In this document: positions 19,398 through 29,971 of the stretch, piece after piece
Layout: every line of letters begins with the position of its first letter
Position numbering within the stretch: the stretch's first letter is position 1
Made by a program: the position numbers and the translations under genes
Notes under the pieces: model-generated
Told to the model about the DNA's origin: nothing
Seen by the model: only the letters and a program-made list of their open reading frames with translations
The model's database searches: none
Source: a virus
Taxonomy: Duplodnaviria > Caudoviricetes
DNA: 64,000 nucleotides
Strand: one strand, 5' to 3'
IMG/VR virus record: IMGVR_UViG_3300031993_000006
Coordinates: 32,001-96,000 of that record

Positions 19398-20168
19398 CTA
19401 TGGCTTTTTGGCTGCACTGCGCGGCTTGCGGACCGGCTTACGGCGCTCGGCAAGCTTTTCCAAGTCAACCGGCCAGTCACCCATCCTGACCATAGAGTAG
19501 TCCACCAGAGCCCGCCGGTCGAACTGCTTCTTTGGCGTATGGTAGGTAAGCATCGTCAGTATGTCCGGCGGGAGACTTTCCGGACCGAGTATGTCGTGCT
19601 TGATATGATTCCTGAGAATCTCGCACATCCAAAATGCATCGCAAAGGTCAGAATGAGGACTTTCGTACTGCTTCGGGAATTTATCGAATTCCGGATAGTA
19701 GAATTGCGGGTACAGTGCCCTCATCGCCTCACACATGGCCGGCTTCCCGGCATCGCCGTCACCGGTAGCAAAATGTTTAATCTGAGTAATTCCATAAGTA
19801 ATAATTCCCTTGCCCTGCAAATAGAAATGACGGCGATAAACACCGCAGAACTCCCCTATCTGGAAAATCGAATTACTGTTTCCCTCGTTAGCCTTTTCGT
19901 AGGCATAATCTTCAAAGGACACATACTGCACATCCTCCATGTCCCGCTCAAGAATCTTTATCGCCCGCTCCTGTCGAACAAGCATAGGAACCTTGACGTA
20001 ATCCGTACCGCTGCACATAATATGGACATGCTCGGTTTCGAGAATAGCGTTGATATGTGGCTGGAACCCGTAAAACTGGATGTCCTTGATATCAAAAGTC
20101 TCGTCGTCGAGGTCCATTATGACTTTTCCTGACGAGTTCATCGAAGGGTCAATACCGGCAATCTTCAT
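19398..20168 (-). CDS. RuvC-like Holliday junction resolvase (phage type)
   Basis: MKIAGIDPSMNSSG, VSFEDYAY, IGEFCG, IKHFATGDGDAGK, SDLCDAFW. Confidence 0.88.
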   Translation of the reverse strand: MKIAGIDPSMNSSGKVIMDLDDETFDIKDIQFYGFQPHINAILETEHVHIMCSGTDYVKVPMLVRQERAIKILERDMEDVQYVSFEDYAYEKANEGNSNSIFQIGEFCGVYRRHFYLQGKGIITYGITQIKHFATGDGDAGKPAMCEAMRALYPQFYYPEFDKFPKQYESPHSDLCDAFWMCEILRNHIKHDILGPESLPPDILTMLTYHTPKKQFDRRALVDYSMVRMGDWPVDLEKLAERRKPVRKPRSAAKKP

Positions 20169-20237
20169 TTGTACTCCTATGATAAAGAGGGTGGGAACCC
20201 CCACCCTCCTATCCTACCTACCATGCAACAAACTAAT

Positions 20238-21974
20238 CTATTTCGCCTCGGCTTCCTCTCCGGGTGCCACCAGCATATCAAACATTTCATCGCTAGGGCT
20301 AACCGATACCTTGGGCATTTCGAAACCAGCCGGTATGTTCTGCATTTCAGGAGCCTTGCTATTGGCCCGCTTCGGCCCGTTACCCTTTCCTGAACGCTGC
20401 GGAGCATTTATCTGCGGTTCGGCGTTAGCGACTGCAGTCTTGTAGGCATTAGACTGCTCGTCAGTCGGACTGTACCAAGTCATCGTCTTGAAGTCGCTGC
20501 AGGTAACAAACGAAACATTTGCCGGTCCGAGACGGGACTTCAGGATGCAGTTAAGGTACATACTGAGGCTTCTTGCGGTATCGTCGGTCGTAATGGACAT
20601 CAGGAAGTCCGCCGTTTCAGCATAACCGGAAGAACCTTCAATGGATTCGATACCGGCATCGGTATTGTGGTAACCGGTGCGGTTAAACTGCACAGCTGAA
20701 AGACAGGCGAAGTTACGGGCGATAGCAATATCCCTGAGCTGCTCGGCCTTCATAACGCCGTCGCTATACATACTGCTTTCGGTCATACGGCCACGGTATG
20801 ACGGCTTCATGATACCGATGTAGTCAATCACCAAAAGGTCAAGCTTGCCGTGCGCGATTTCGAACGAATCGATGATAGCCTCGATTTCCACCGGGGTTGT
20901 CGTCGTCTTCATATACTTGACCTGCAACTGGCCGTGACGGTTGCCGACATTAGCCATATCAGCGCAGCTCTTGTCAATCTTGGCACGGATTTCTTCACCG
21001 GTCATCGTGATGACCTTGTAGAACTCAGTCCCGGTAATATTGGCCGCGATTCGCTGCCATACATAATCTTCAGCAAGTTCAAGAGTAATATAAAGGACAT
21101 TGAAACCGCTCTTATATGCATAAGCGGCTTCACTACAAAGCGCCAACGACTTACCGATATTCGGCTGGCCGACAAGTAAAGATAAAGTCTTTCGATAGTA
21201 ACCGCCACCGCATATCGTGCCGTCCGGATTCGGGCGTCCGGTATAATATCGAACTTCGTTAAGACCTGAAGGTATGCACTGTTTCTGCTCACGGAGCTTC
21301 GCGAGTGCCACTTCAATATCACTATAAAAGTTCAACCCAAGGTCAGTATGGAGGCTAAAATTGACCGCGGCATGCAGTCTGGGTACAAGGTCGTGAATCC
21401 CATCAACATGCTTGTCGTGGATTGATTCTGCGACACTAATCAAAACTTCTTCAGCAAGCCGTTCACGGAAGAAATTTTCCATCATCAGGACGATGAAGTC
21501 CTGGTGCATCCCCGGGAGCTGCGTATTATAGATAAAAATCAGCTTATCGCGAGCCTGAAGAGCATACTCGTTCTGCCCCATGCCTGTTATAAGTTCCTGC
21601 GCAGTCGGAAGCCGGGAATGCTGGTTCTCATAACGGTTAATGATGTCGACAATATTACGGTTATTCCCGTCTTTAAACAAGGAAGGGCGCAATGCATCCC
21701 TTATCTTCGGCGCCAACGCCGAATCCTGAAAAAAGACGCGCAGTACCAAATCTTCCTGCGTAAGCGCCACCACCTGCTGTGTAGGCTGCAGATACCCCGG
21801 CTGTACGGGCATATTGCCCTGCACCGGCATACCGACACCACCATAGACAGGCATTCCCGCATGAGCTTGCTGCATCTCAGGGGCTGCACCCGCCGTTACG
21901 ACGGGCATCACCGGCTGGACCATCTGCTGCATAGTGGGTACCGCTACCGCAGGATTTTGCATAGTATATTCCAT
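20238..21974 (-). CDS. Replicative DnaB-like helicase (T4 gp41-like)
   Basis: GQPNIGKS, VLYITLEL, LVIDYIGIM, AEQLRDIA, SAVQFNR, LKSRLG; Q/P/V-rich N-terminal extension. Confidence 0.95.
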   Translation of the reverse strand: MEYTMQNPAVAVPTMQQMVQPVMPVVTAGAAPEMQQAHAGMPVYGGVGMPVQGNMPVQPGYLQPTQQVVALTQEDLVLRVFFQDSALAPKIRDALRPSLFKDGNNRNIVDIINRYENQHSRLPTAQELITGMGQNEYALQARDKLIFIYNTQLPGMHQDFIVLMMENFFRERLAEEVLISVAESIHDKHVDGIHDLVPRLHAAVNFSLHTDLGLNFYSDIEVALAKLREQKQCIPSGLNEVRYYTGRPNPDGTICGGGYYRKTLSLLVGQPNIGKSLALCSEAAYAYKSGFNVLYITLELAEDYVWQRIAANITGTEFYKVITMTGEEIRAKIDKSCADMANVGNRHGQLQVKYMKTTTTPVEIEAIIDSFEIAHGKLDLLVIDYIGIMKPSYRGRMTESSMYSDGVMKAEQLRDIAIARNFACLSAVQFNRTGYHNTDAGIESIEGSSGYAETADFLMSITTDDTARSLSMYLNCILKSRLGPANVSFVTCSDFKTMTWYSPTDEQSNAYKTAVANAEPQINAPQRSGKGNGPKRANSKAPEMQNIPAGFEMPKVSVSPSDEMFDMLVAPGEEAEAK

Positions 21975-22002
21975 AGGTTCGCAAATCCTGTTATTTCATT
22001 TT

Positions 22003-22041
22003 AAATATAGCAAGAAAAAAGCGGCCCAGACCGGACCGCCT
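22003..22041 (-). promoter_or_regulatory. uvsX terminator abutting the helicase TTGCTATATTT promoter (22003-22013)
   Basis: Minus strand AGGCGGTCC-GGTCT-GGGCCGCTTTTTTCTTGCTATATTT. Confidence 0.75.
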
Positions 22042-22070
22042 CGACTTTTTCGGGTCGAATTGACACTTCA

Positions 22071-23438
22071 CTAGGTTTCCGGAGTGACAGGAGCCATTCC
22101 GTCACCGTCAATAAGTCCAAGAGCCTGAGCCTGAGACAACGCCTTCTGCTGCATCTTTGCGATTTCGCTGTCATTAGCGGCATCGAGTACAGATTCATCA
22201 AGGTCGGCGAGTTCCCGTTCAGTAGCTTCCTCTGCAGCTTCGTCACCGAATATGCCGAGCTTCTGGTTCTTGTACTTGTTCTGGATATACTCGTTAATCG
22301 GGTCGAGAATCGTACCGATATAACGGGCACTATGAAGCTGCGGTTCCGGTGCGACAAGCCAAGTGCTCTTGTCACGGCGCGGGTCGCAAATGACCCACTT
22401 CTTGCCCCTGAAAGTCTCCCCATTGACCTTCGGGAGTTCAAGACCCGGCCACTCTTCCTTCTTGGTGTAAGGAACGATGAGGCCAGCCTCTTCAGCCCAG
22501 ACATGCAAGCCATAGTAGCGGCTGAGGCCGTTCTGATAGCTGAGGTAGAGACGGGTACCGAACCCTTCGTGAACCATTCGGTTCTTGATGTTGCTGACCT
22601 GAATGAAAATACCGCGTACTTCCTTCTCTTTCTTCTCCCCTTCCTTCTTCGGAGCGTTGGGGTCCTTGTCGACACGTTCGGCAATCTTGTATACGGACAA
22701 GATAACAGAAGCAGAATACTTCGCACCTTCACCGCCGGCGACCTTCTTGGTCTCTGTATGGGTCTGAGCGGCATTAGGGTCGAGATAGAGGTGGTTGGTG
22801 ACATACATCGGGGCACCCATTTCGCCAAGGCGGAATGTAATGTCGCGGTACATAGCGGAAAGCTTCTTGGCCTTGGTAAGGTCAACCTTGTCCTGACCGG
22901 AAAGCACATCGTTCACATTCTTGTCGGTGGACAACATACCCTGTGAGTCAAGAACGAACGCCAGCTTGTTCGGGTTCACAAAGAGCTTATTCTTCTCAAC
23001 GTAGTCCTCGAGCTGCTTCAAAATCACGGAGATACCGTGGTGGCACTGCTCGACCGTATGGAAGTGGAGAACCTTGAACTGTCTCGGCGGGAACGCCGCG
23101 TAGTTAATGAGGTCTTCACGGGTGGTTTCGTTTTCGGTGTCGATGTAGTAGATGAAGTATCCATCCGCAAACAATGGCGGGCAGAAATTGTACTTGCCGA
23201 GCAACGACTTACCGGAACCCTGCAAGCCAGCCGCCTGCACAATCTTGTTCTTCGGGAAGCCACCTCGGACATCGCCGCAAACCACCGCATTAAGGGCATA
23301 GCAGCCGCTGTCTGCGAAACCATATGTCGGACGCTCCACATGGGCATCGACATACCTATCCGTCGTCGTGACGGTATCAAAGAACGCCCACGGATTTTCA
23401 ATCGCGGGGTCCGCGCCTTTTGTTGCTTTTTTAGCCAT
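22071..23438 (-). CDS. uvsX: RecA-like recombinase UvsX
   Basis: DSGCYALN, AGLQGSGKS, YIDTEN, VLDSQGML, VTNHLY, GGEGAKYSAS, KNR. Confidence 0.93.
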   Translation of the reverse strand: MAKKATKGADPAIENPWAFFDTVTTTDRYVDAHVERPTYGFADSGCYALNAVVCGDVRGGFPKNKIVQAAGLQGSGKSLLGKYNFCPPLFADGYFIYYIDTENETTREDLINYAAFPPRQFKVLHFHTVEQCHHGISVILKQLEDYVEKNKLFVNPNKLAFVLDSQGMLSTDKNVNDVLSGQDKVDLTKAKKLSAMYRDITFRLGEMGAPMYVTNHLYLDPNAAQTHTETKKVAGGEGAKYSASVILSVYKIAERVDKDPNAPKKEGEKKEKEVRGIFIQVSNIKNRMVHEGFGTRLYLSYQNGLSRYYGLHVWAEEAGLIVPYTKKEEWPGLELPKVNGETFRGKKWVICDPRRDKSTWLVAPEPQLHSARYIGTILDPINEYIQNKYKNQKLGIFGDEAAEEATERELADLDESVLDAANDSEIAKMQQKALSQAQALGLIDGDGMAPVTPET

Positions 23439-23455
23439 AATTATCCTCGTTAAAT

Positions 23456-23487
23456 AAAAAACACTTGCCGCATATCCCGCGACAAGT
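23456..23487 (-). terminator. Intrinsic terminator immediately upstream of the uvsX RBS
   Basis: Minus strand ACTTGTCGCG-GGATA-TGCGGCAAGT-GTTTTTTATTT. Confidence 0.75.
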
Positions 23488-23693
23488 ACAGGTTAAAACA
23501 GAAATATTCTCGATAAAAGCCAAAAGGGCCGCACCAGAGATGGCGCGAACCCGAGCGGCGCGCCCGGCTAGCGAGCGTACGCAGTCAACAGCCGGCCGGC
23601 ATATAGCACGGGCCAGTTTTGCACAAGTGGCTTCCATAGGTTCTACAGTCAATATAGGATTATTTTTTCGGGAATGCAACAGTACCATACGAA

Positions 23694-24614
23694 TTATGCC
23701 TGGATTTGGGTAGTTGACAGAAGGTCAAACATATTGAGCATATTGCGCCAAGTACCGTGCAGGCACATTACGGGCATCAAGAAAATCGGGTGCTTGTCTA
23801 CCACGACCCGCTTCCACTCGAACCTCACTTCCTGCCTAAGCTCGAACGGGCGATTGGCCACAAGGACATAAGGCTTAAAGGAATCATCCTTGGACCTATC
23901 AATCACAGTAACATCCTTCAGCTCGATTATCGCCTGATTCGTCCTCGGGTCTATCCCGGTAACCACCACATACGGCTCCTTGCCGAACTGTATATCGACA
24001 AGCGCATCGCCAGACTGACGGCTAAACATATGACGGCGGTCGTCCTTCAATACCTGGAGATAACGGTGAAGGTCAAAATATCCCACCGGCTGAAACTTGG
24101 ATGGGCGTCCCTTCATATGCCAGATGAACCAGAGGTACCGGGCGATAACCGGATGAAATATCGCACCCCCGTCGTGGTCAAGGTTCGCCATCAGGGCGAA
24201 TATCCCGGGCAAGTCCTTGAGCAAGTCCCCAGAAGTAGTCATCTTGCGCCCCATCTTGTCAGATACGGTATAGCGGTCGTCCGCCCCGCTGAACTTCCCT
24301 GTAAACACATAGCGGTCAAAGGTATATTTCGGGGAATTGAACGAATTTAGCGCCCTAGCGAAATCGCTCGACTTGGGCCCTTCAATCTTCACCCGGTCAG
24401 GAACCACCATAAAGTTGACGGTCTGACCGACAAGATTCCACGCATCGACGGCTACCCCGCAATCGGTAGTATAGCGCATCTTCTTCACTATAGCATGAAG
24501 AGCTGGCTTCCCTTGGATATCGCATATACCCATACGCTCGCCGAGCACGATGTGCCCCGCATCTATATCAGGCATATAGACTACCCGTGTCTCCCCTCTC
24601 TGCTGAAGAATCAT
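23694..24614 (-). CDS. Hypothetical protein
   Basis: 306-aa ORF with an ATGA overlap to the gp25-fusion gene. Confidence 0.75.
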   Translation of the reverse strand: MILQQRGETRVVYMPDIDAGHIVLGERMGICDIQGKPALHAIVKKMRYTTDCGVAVDAWNLVGQTVNFMVVPDRVKIEGPKSSDFARALNSFNSPKYTFDRYVFTGKFSGADDRYTVSDKMGRKMTTSGDLLKDLPGIFALMANLDHDGGAIFHPVIARYLWFIWHMKGRPSKFQPVGYFDLHRYLQVLKDDRRHMFSRQSGDALVDIQFGKEPYVVVTGIDPRTNQAIIELKDVTVIDRSKDDSFKPYVLVANRPFELRQEVRFEWKRVVVDKHPIFLMPVMCLHGTWRNMLNMFDLLSTTQIQA

Positions 24615-27031
24615 ACCATGCGGCCCCTATACTTGAACGGGAGCATTATCTCCCTTACCTCACCGGCAGGGACGATTACGCCAAGAATCAGGTAAATCCC
24701 GTGCGGACCCATATCCTGTATGTCACAGCGTTCATAGACAATGCGGATTCGCGGTTCATACTTCTCGATTGCAGAAACGCATTCCTTGAGAACATCGTTC
24801 GGGTTACCGCCAGCGCGGAGGGCAAATATGCGCTCCTCGATGGTAGTGCCGAAGTCCGGATTGAACAGGCGTTCCCCCTTCCGGGTCAACAGGCAATTAT
24901 ACAGGTTCTGGATAATGCTGTTCTCGTCGGTAATCTCGGTAAATCCGTTAAACGCGAAGTCCCTATTATATGACGCGCTTCGGCTTATCGTGGCATCGCT
25001 ATCCCCGGGCTTCATCCGCTCATTCAGCTTGACCACCTTCGGCGCAGCATAATACGCGGTGAGCTGAACAGTCTCGGAACACGCCTTTGCCGTTTCGGCA
25101 TCCCATTCCTCCTCACTACGCTTCGTCATCACGGTAAGCTGGACTTTACCATTGTATTCGTCCGGCATAAAGAATGTAATCTCGTTCTCGCTCATCGTGT
25201 AGACAGGAACCCACTTGTCGGCAGGGTCGCCATCACGGAGACGGATTCGTGTATTCCCGGCGAGTGAATTGAATATCTTTGCATTGAGCGAATCGATAGT
25301 GATGAGTTCGCCAGCGGTCAGAAAATCCGGGTACACCTTGATTGGTATAAGGGATTCGTCCCCAGCATCGCTAGCAGAAGTAAGCTCTATCCTGAAACTG
25401 TCGTCAGGTTCTTGACCGGCGGCATTCAATACAGGAACCCTAAGCGCCACCTTAGCCCCGGTGCGCCCATACAAGGTAAACCCAAGAGATACCGGGCGGC
25501 CAGTAGCAACCCACTTGTTCCCTATCGAAGACGGGATGTCAATGGTGAACTGTACACCAGGTTCACCATAATAACAGGTCTGCGGGCACACGTCGGAGTG
25601 CCCGTCACAAGGGTCAGACTTCACTTCGACCTTTCCAATCGGCGACTTCGAAATCTTGGCATATACATCGGAAGCCTTGCCCGTCACATCCCAGTAACTA
25701 TCCGACAGCTGAGACATACAAATCTCGGTAGCTACCTCGGTGCTACGTTTGACACACAAGGTTATAACGAACCCGTTTGTATCGGTAGCATCAGTGGATA
25801 CCGGAGGAACAAATGTAATTACTCCGAACTTCCGCGCAGAAATTTCAATCTCGTTACGCCATACGGAACCGGTTGCATCATTGTCCAAGTCGAAAGCCCC
25901 GAACTTTACCGGGTACATCGTCTTCGGATTATTTTCACGGGTGGACGAATTGTCTACCGAGGTAGTATCAAAGGTATTCCTCGCGCGTTTCCGTGTAGTA
26001 ACCGGTGCCGCATTGACAATGTAATTTGCCGGAACATCAGATACAGGCGTACGGGGCGCGTAGATAACCGAATCAAATGACGATGTTATTTCGATATCCG
26101 GCGAACGGCAGATAAAGGAGTTCGGCGCAACCGACTCTATCACCGCATTGTACACTACAGGTTCGCCGCCTTGACAAAGCGTCACCCTATCCTTTTCCTG
26201 GAATGTATGCGCGGGCCAGGCGACAAGCGCCTCGTGATAGCTACAGTATACTTGTCTATCAACAATATATTCACATACTATCCACTTACTACTAACAAGT
26301 CCGGGAAAATCCTCGTAGGAATACCGAGGTTCCGCGCCAATGGCAAAAAAGCTGGTCCTGTAGGTGTAGGAATCAGGAGAAACCACGGAAACCTTAAATG
26401 TTCCGTTAAAGCGCTCGCCGTTGACCCCGCAAGAATGGTCGGTAACCGGGAACCCGGATACGGCAATCGCATCCCCATCGGAATACCCGTGCGGTCCATC
26501 GGTCACGACGGTCACCGTGTAGGTTACCGGGTCGAACACGGCAGACTTTATGCCGACAGAAGAATAGCGCCGTTCAAGAAGAATGCCAACCGGCAAATTG
26601 TCCGACTGATACATTCCATGCAAGGCGGATTCGCCATAGGTGGTAACCGCGCGGCCCTTGTAATCAAACAGTTCAATCGTGTGTTCAAGGCTATCGCCGG
26701 AAAAACTGCAGCAGATTGAAGTATTGAACGAGGAGTCATGCTTTCCGGGAGTCCTTGCGGCATCCGTATCATAGAACGGATGGCGGAACACGCCATTCCA
26801 TTCCTCGTACGAAATCACATCGCACGGATTGTCGGATACCGCATACAGGCCAGTACGGGTAGCTGACGACAGGTCGTTGACCCCATCATAACGAAGAAAG
26901 AGGCGAACCCGGTAGTTCCCGGGGTCAGCCATCCCCTCTGTAAAGGCAAAGGAATAACAAGTATTGCCATTAGCGGCAACAAAGCTATTCACACTATCCA
27001 GTATCCGAGTAATTCCCATATTACACACCAT
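24611..27031 (-). CDS. Baseplate wedge gp25-like domain (C-terminal) fused to about 680 aa of beta-rich modules
   Basis: SIIQNLYNCLLTRKGERLFNPDFG..IEKYEPRI is the gp25/GPW signature; N-terminal VTDGPHGYSDGDAIAVSG..FNGTFKV module and an IPT/TIG-like segment. Confidence 0.85.
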   Translation of the reverse strand: MVCNMGITRILDSVNSFVAANGNTCYSFAFTEGMADPGNYRVRLFLRYDGVNDLSSATRTGLYAVSDNPCDVISYEEWNGVFRHPFYDTDAARTPGKHDSSFNTSICCSFSGDSLEHTIELFDYKGRAVTTYGESALHGMYQSDNLPVGILLERRYSSVGIKSAVFDPVTYTVTVVTDGPHGYSDGDAIAVSGFPVTDHSCGVNGERFNGTFKVSVVSPDSYTYRTSFFAIGAEPRYSYEDFPGLVSSKWIVCEYIVDRQVYCSYHEALVAWPAHTFQEKDRVTLCQGGEPVVYNAVIESVAPNSFICRSPDIEITSSFDSVIYAPRTPVSDVPANYIVNAAPVTTRKRARNTFDTTSVDNSSTRENNPKTMYPVKFGAFDLDNDATGSVWRNEIEISARKFGVITFVPPVSTDATDTNGFVITLCVKRSTEVATEICMSQLSDSYWDVTGKASDVYAKISKSPIGKVEVKSDPCDGHSDVCPQTCYYGEPGVQFTIDIPSSIGNKWVATGRPVSLGFTLYGRTGAKVALRVPVLNAAGQEPDDSFRIELTSASDAGDESLIPIKVYPDFLTAGELITIDSLNAKIFNSLAGNTRIRLRDGDPADKWVPVYTMSENEITFFMPDEYNGKVQLTVMTKRSEEEWDAETAKACSETVQLTAYYAAPKVVKLNERMKPGDSDATISRSASYNRDFAFNGFTEITDENSIIQNLYNCLLTRKGERLFNPDFGTTIEERIFALRAGGNPNDVLKECVSAIEKYEPRIRIVYERCDIQDMGPHGIYLILGVIVPAGEVREIMLPFKYRGRMV

Positions 27032-29933
27032 TCTGCAGTGACGGGAAGTCGCCTAGACCACTATCGCTAATCGTCTTGATTGCATCCGGTATAGCGGCAA
27101 GTAAATCACGGTCAGCTTCCTCATCAAACGGTTCCTTGGCGGAAACAACCTGCTCAATCACAGTTACCGCTTTCGGAGAAGTCACTCCACCGATTACACT
27201 ATGCGCAAGCGAATCACCTAATACGCTATAGACTGTCTCCATCGGAACAAAGTCATTCGCAAACGAATCCGAACCGGAATCGTGCATATACATCATAGCC
27301 AATTTTGACAGAATACGGTCTTCGGGCAACCCATACTTGAGGAAGGTATTTTCATACCAGTCACGCAACTCGGAATCATTGTAGTAGAACAACATGTTCG
27401 AATCGTCATAGTTCTCCGGGTCATCCGGATATATCAGCCTAGCAGGATTGGACTCATCAACCGTAGCGCTCAAGAATCTCGCACCAAGCCATATAAAGTA
27501 TGACGACCAGTCAGGAGCACCGCCGCTAACATACTGAACAACACTGTCGCCGTCATTATCAAACTCAGCCTTGATACCGTCAACGAATCTAGGGAACGAA
27601 AGACTTGAAAGATTATGGTTCCGCATCAAGTAAACCAACGCCTTGTTCACAAACGCGCGAACATCAGCGGCCGATACGCCGGCGTCTGAAATTCCTTTAC
27701 TGACATACCCATTGAGTGCCAATGTGGCTACAATCCTAGCCAAGCTGAAGTTCGGAATAAGTTTCCGACGCACCAGACCAAAATAGGTATCGGTCGTCAA
27801 GTTCACAACAAGGTCACTTTCCGTTGCAGAGACGCCACCCGAATATGAATTGAGCAATTCAATAAACGGCTTCACCGCGCTGGCAAAGCGTGTCGGAGGA
27901 ATCGAAGCAAGTTGCCGCCCAATTTCACTGTTGGTACCCGGCCCATTAAATTTACCAGCAGCAAGCTGCTTAATCGTTTCAGCCCATACCCTAACGATAT
28001 CCCGAGTTTCTCCCTTGGGGTCACCCGGGTCAACGCTCACCTGCATATTGAAGCCATTCGGGAATTCAACCTTGCTAAAGCATCCAACACGGGTAAACGC
28101 ATTGGATATACGCTTCAAAGAACTAATAGCATACTTAAGTTTTGCATCAGGGCCATCATCCACAGTAGGAACATTTGGGCCAAGCAATCCAGCACGAAGC
28201 AAGTCACCCACGCCACTCTTACTTTCAGCATCGCCGGCACCGGCAAGAATATTATCAAACACCGCGTCAGCCATCGCAATAGCGTCATTGCCCGAATCGG
28301 TGTTTTCCATATTCATATCTTGAGCAGCAGTATCGCTACCCACCGTCTCGCCAACTCCACCGCCCTTCTTGTCATCGTCATCATCGCCATCAGATAATTC
28401 CGAGAATGATTTGCTACCCATCGTACGGGTACAGATATCAAAAAACGGTTCATTAGTTTTTGTTTTCGGGTTAAACCAAGTATATTGACCCCTGATAAGT
28501 TCGCACAACGCAGGAGACACTATGTCAAACTGTCCACCCGGCTTAGCCTGTTCCTTAATATCTTTCAGTACCTGAGCAATTACACTCTTACCCGCATTGC
28601 GCCCATTCTTCTTCAGGACGGCATCCTTATTAGTCATCAAAGGAGCCAATTCCTTTTCGAGGAGTTTAGCGCATACAGTCGACATGGTAACTTTCTTGGT
28701 AGTGTCCATCGATTGCAGGCCTGTTATGTACGCCGCACTCTGCAGACTCTTGTCAAGACCTGATGTTGCCGGCTTGAATTTATACTTATCGGAAAACCCG
28801 GAGAAGCCGAGCAATGCAAATTCGGAAGCCAAGTCCTTAATATCATGTTGACGGTCAAGCAAAGCCTTCATCTTTACGGCAGCAGCCTTGGGTTTTGCCG
28901 AAGCGATTCCACTATTGTAATTATCCTCAATATTCGAAACGATAATATGCGGAACGACAGCGACATATTCGCCGCCACCCTTAGTTGTTACCGGGTCCAT
29001 CACATCACTAGTTCCGATATGCTTCACGGTCTGCTCGCCGAGCTTAGCCTTGATAGAACCATCCGCTTTTGTAGCCTTCTGTGTAGATGCAGCCACAGTC
29101 CCGCGAGACAGTACAGATGACTTATAGTTCGGTTCAAGCCGCTTGATAAGCGCATTTTCGGAATACGGGTGAATAACAGGTATTCCACCTTCCTTACCGG
29201 AAACATGTCTTGATGCGCGTTCAGCAAGTTTCTGCACGGCACCCTTGTCGAAATCCAGTATTGTATCGTTGCGCAATTTACTGAGTATAGCAGAATCACT
29301 CAGGCCGAGGTAGCACAAGGCCGATATAATTTCGCTTGTTATCAGATTATCCGGAATACCTTCAGCGGTAATCTCGGCATCGTGGCCAAAGATACCGACT
29401 TGCTCCATAATCCACACAAGGTCCTGCGCAGTATGGATTGATTCGGACTTATCGTCAAGAGATGTCTTGAAGAATTCAAGAGCTTCTTTCAAATCAGCAT
29501 TGTCCGGTGCCTGTTCAGCCGCCTTGTTCCAGCTGTCATATACGGAAAGACCTATCATATAGACCTTACGATATATCGCAGCACGAGCATTGGCTATCAT
29601 TATCTTTTGGTTTGCGGTCACCTTAAAATCAGAGGTCTCTGCAGTCTTTGCCTTACTTCCTTTCTTGGCAGGAGTCTCATCCTCATCTTCATAAGGCATA
29701 CCCGGGATATCAACCTGAGCCGGCTCGTCAAGGTCATATGCTTCAGTGGAATCCTCATCCCCATCGCCAAGATAAGATGCCGAATCATCGTTTAAAAAAC
29801 CATTACCAAACTCGATTTCCTCGGTATCGTCATCGATACCCTCAAGTTTAGGCTTGCCGACAGGCTTCTTGGCAATCTGTTGAGACAATAAAATCCACGA
29901 TTCAAGCAATGTTTTGGGGTAGAGTAATTTCAT
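27021..29933 (-). CDS. Large late hypothetical protein (970 aa)
   Basis: TATAAACT at 29961-29968; GAGG Shine-Dalgarno; N-terminal LLES and KLEG motifs. Confidence 0.8.
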   Translation of the reverse strand: MKLLYPKTLLESWILLSQQIAKKPVGKPKLEGIDDDTEEIEFGNGFLNDDSASYLGDGDEDSTEAYDLDEPAQVDIPGMPYEDEDETPAKKGSKAKTAETSDFKVTANQKIMIANARAAIYRKVYMIGLSVYDSWNKAAEQAPDNADLKEALEFFKTSLDDKSESIHTAQDLVWIMEQVGIFGHDAEITAEGIPDNLITSEIISALCYLGLSDSAILSKLRNDTILDFDKGAVQKLAERASRHVSGKEGGIPVIHPYSENALIKRLEPNYKSSVLSRGTVAASTQKATKADGSIKAKLGEQTVKHIGTSDVMDPVTTKGGGEYVAVVPHIIVSNIEDNYNSGIASAKPKAAAVKMKALLDRQHDIKDLASEFALLGFSGFSDKYKFKPATSGLDKSLQSAAYITGLQSMDTTKKVTMSTVCAKLLEKELAPLMTNKDAVLKKNGRNAGKSVIAQVLKDIKEQAKPGGQFDIVSPALCELIRGQYTWFNPKTKTNEPFFDICTRTMGSKSFSELSDGDDDDDKKGGGVGETVGSDTAAQDMNMENTDSGNDAIAMADAVFDNILAGAGDAESKSGVGDLLRAGLLGPNVPTVDDGPDAKLKYAISSLKRISNAFTRVGCFSKVEFPNGFNMQVSVDPGDPKGETRDIVRVWAETIKQLAAGKFNGPGTNSEIGRQLASIPPTRFASAVKPFIELLNSYSGGVSATESDLVVNLTTDTYFGLVRRKLIPNFSLARIVATLALNGYVSKGISDAGVSAADVRAFVNKALVYLMRNHNLSSLSFPRFVDGIKAEFDNDGDSVVQYVSGGAPDWSSYFIWLGARFLSATVDESNPARLIYPDDPENYDDSNMLFYYNDSELRDWYENTFLKYGLPEDRILSKLAMMYMHDSGSDSFANDFVPMETVYSVLGDSLAHSVIGGVTSPKAVTVIEQVVSAKEPFDEEADRDLLAAIPDAIKTISDSGLGDFPSLQNGV

Positions 29934-29971
29934 CCGGACATCCTCAGATTAGATATCCGTAGTTTATACTT

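Noticed and set aside
20187-20208. Perfect 9-bp hairpin GAGGGTGGG-AACC-CCCACCCTC between the helicase and ruvC
   Set aside because: Only a weak U-tract follows; probably a simple terminator or stabiliser, and nothing supports a more specific claim.
12873-22946. Other long overlapping ORFs (12873-13862, 15850-17043, 18804-20132, 22001-22909, 22332-22946)
   Set aside because: They overlap well-supported replisome genes on the other strand or frame and have no recognisable motifs.
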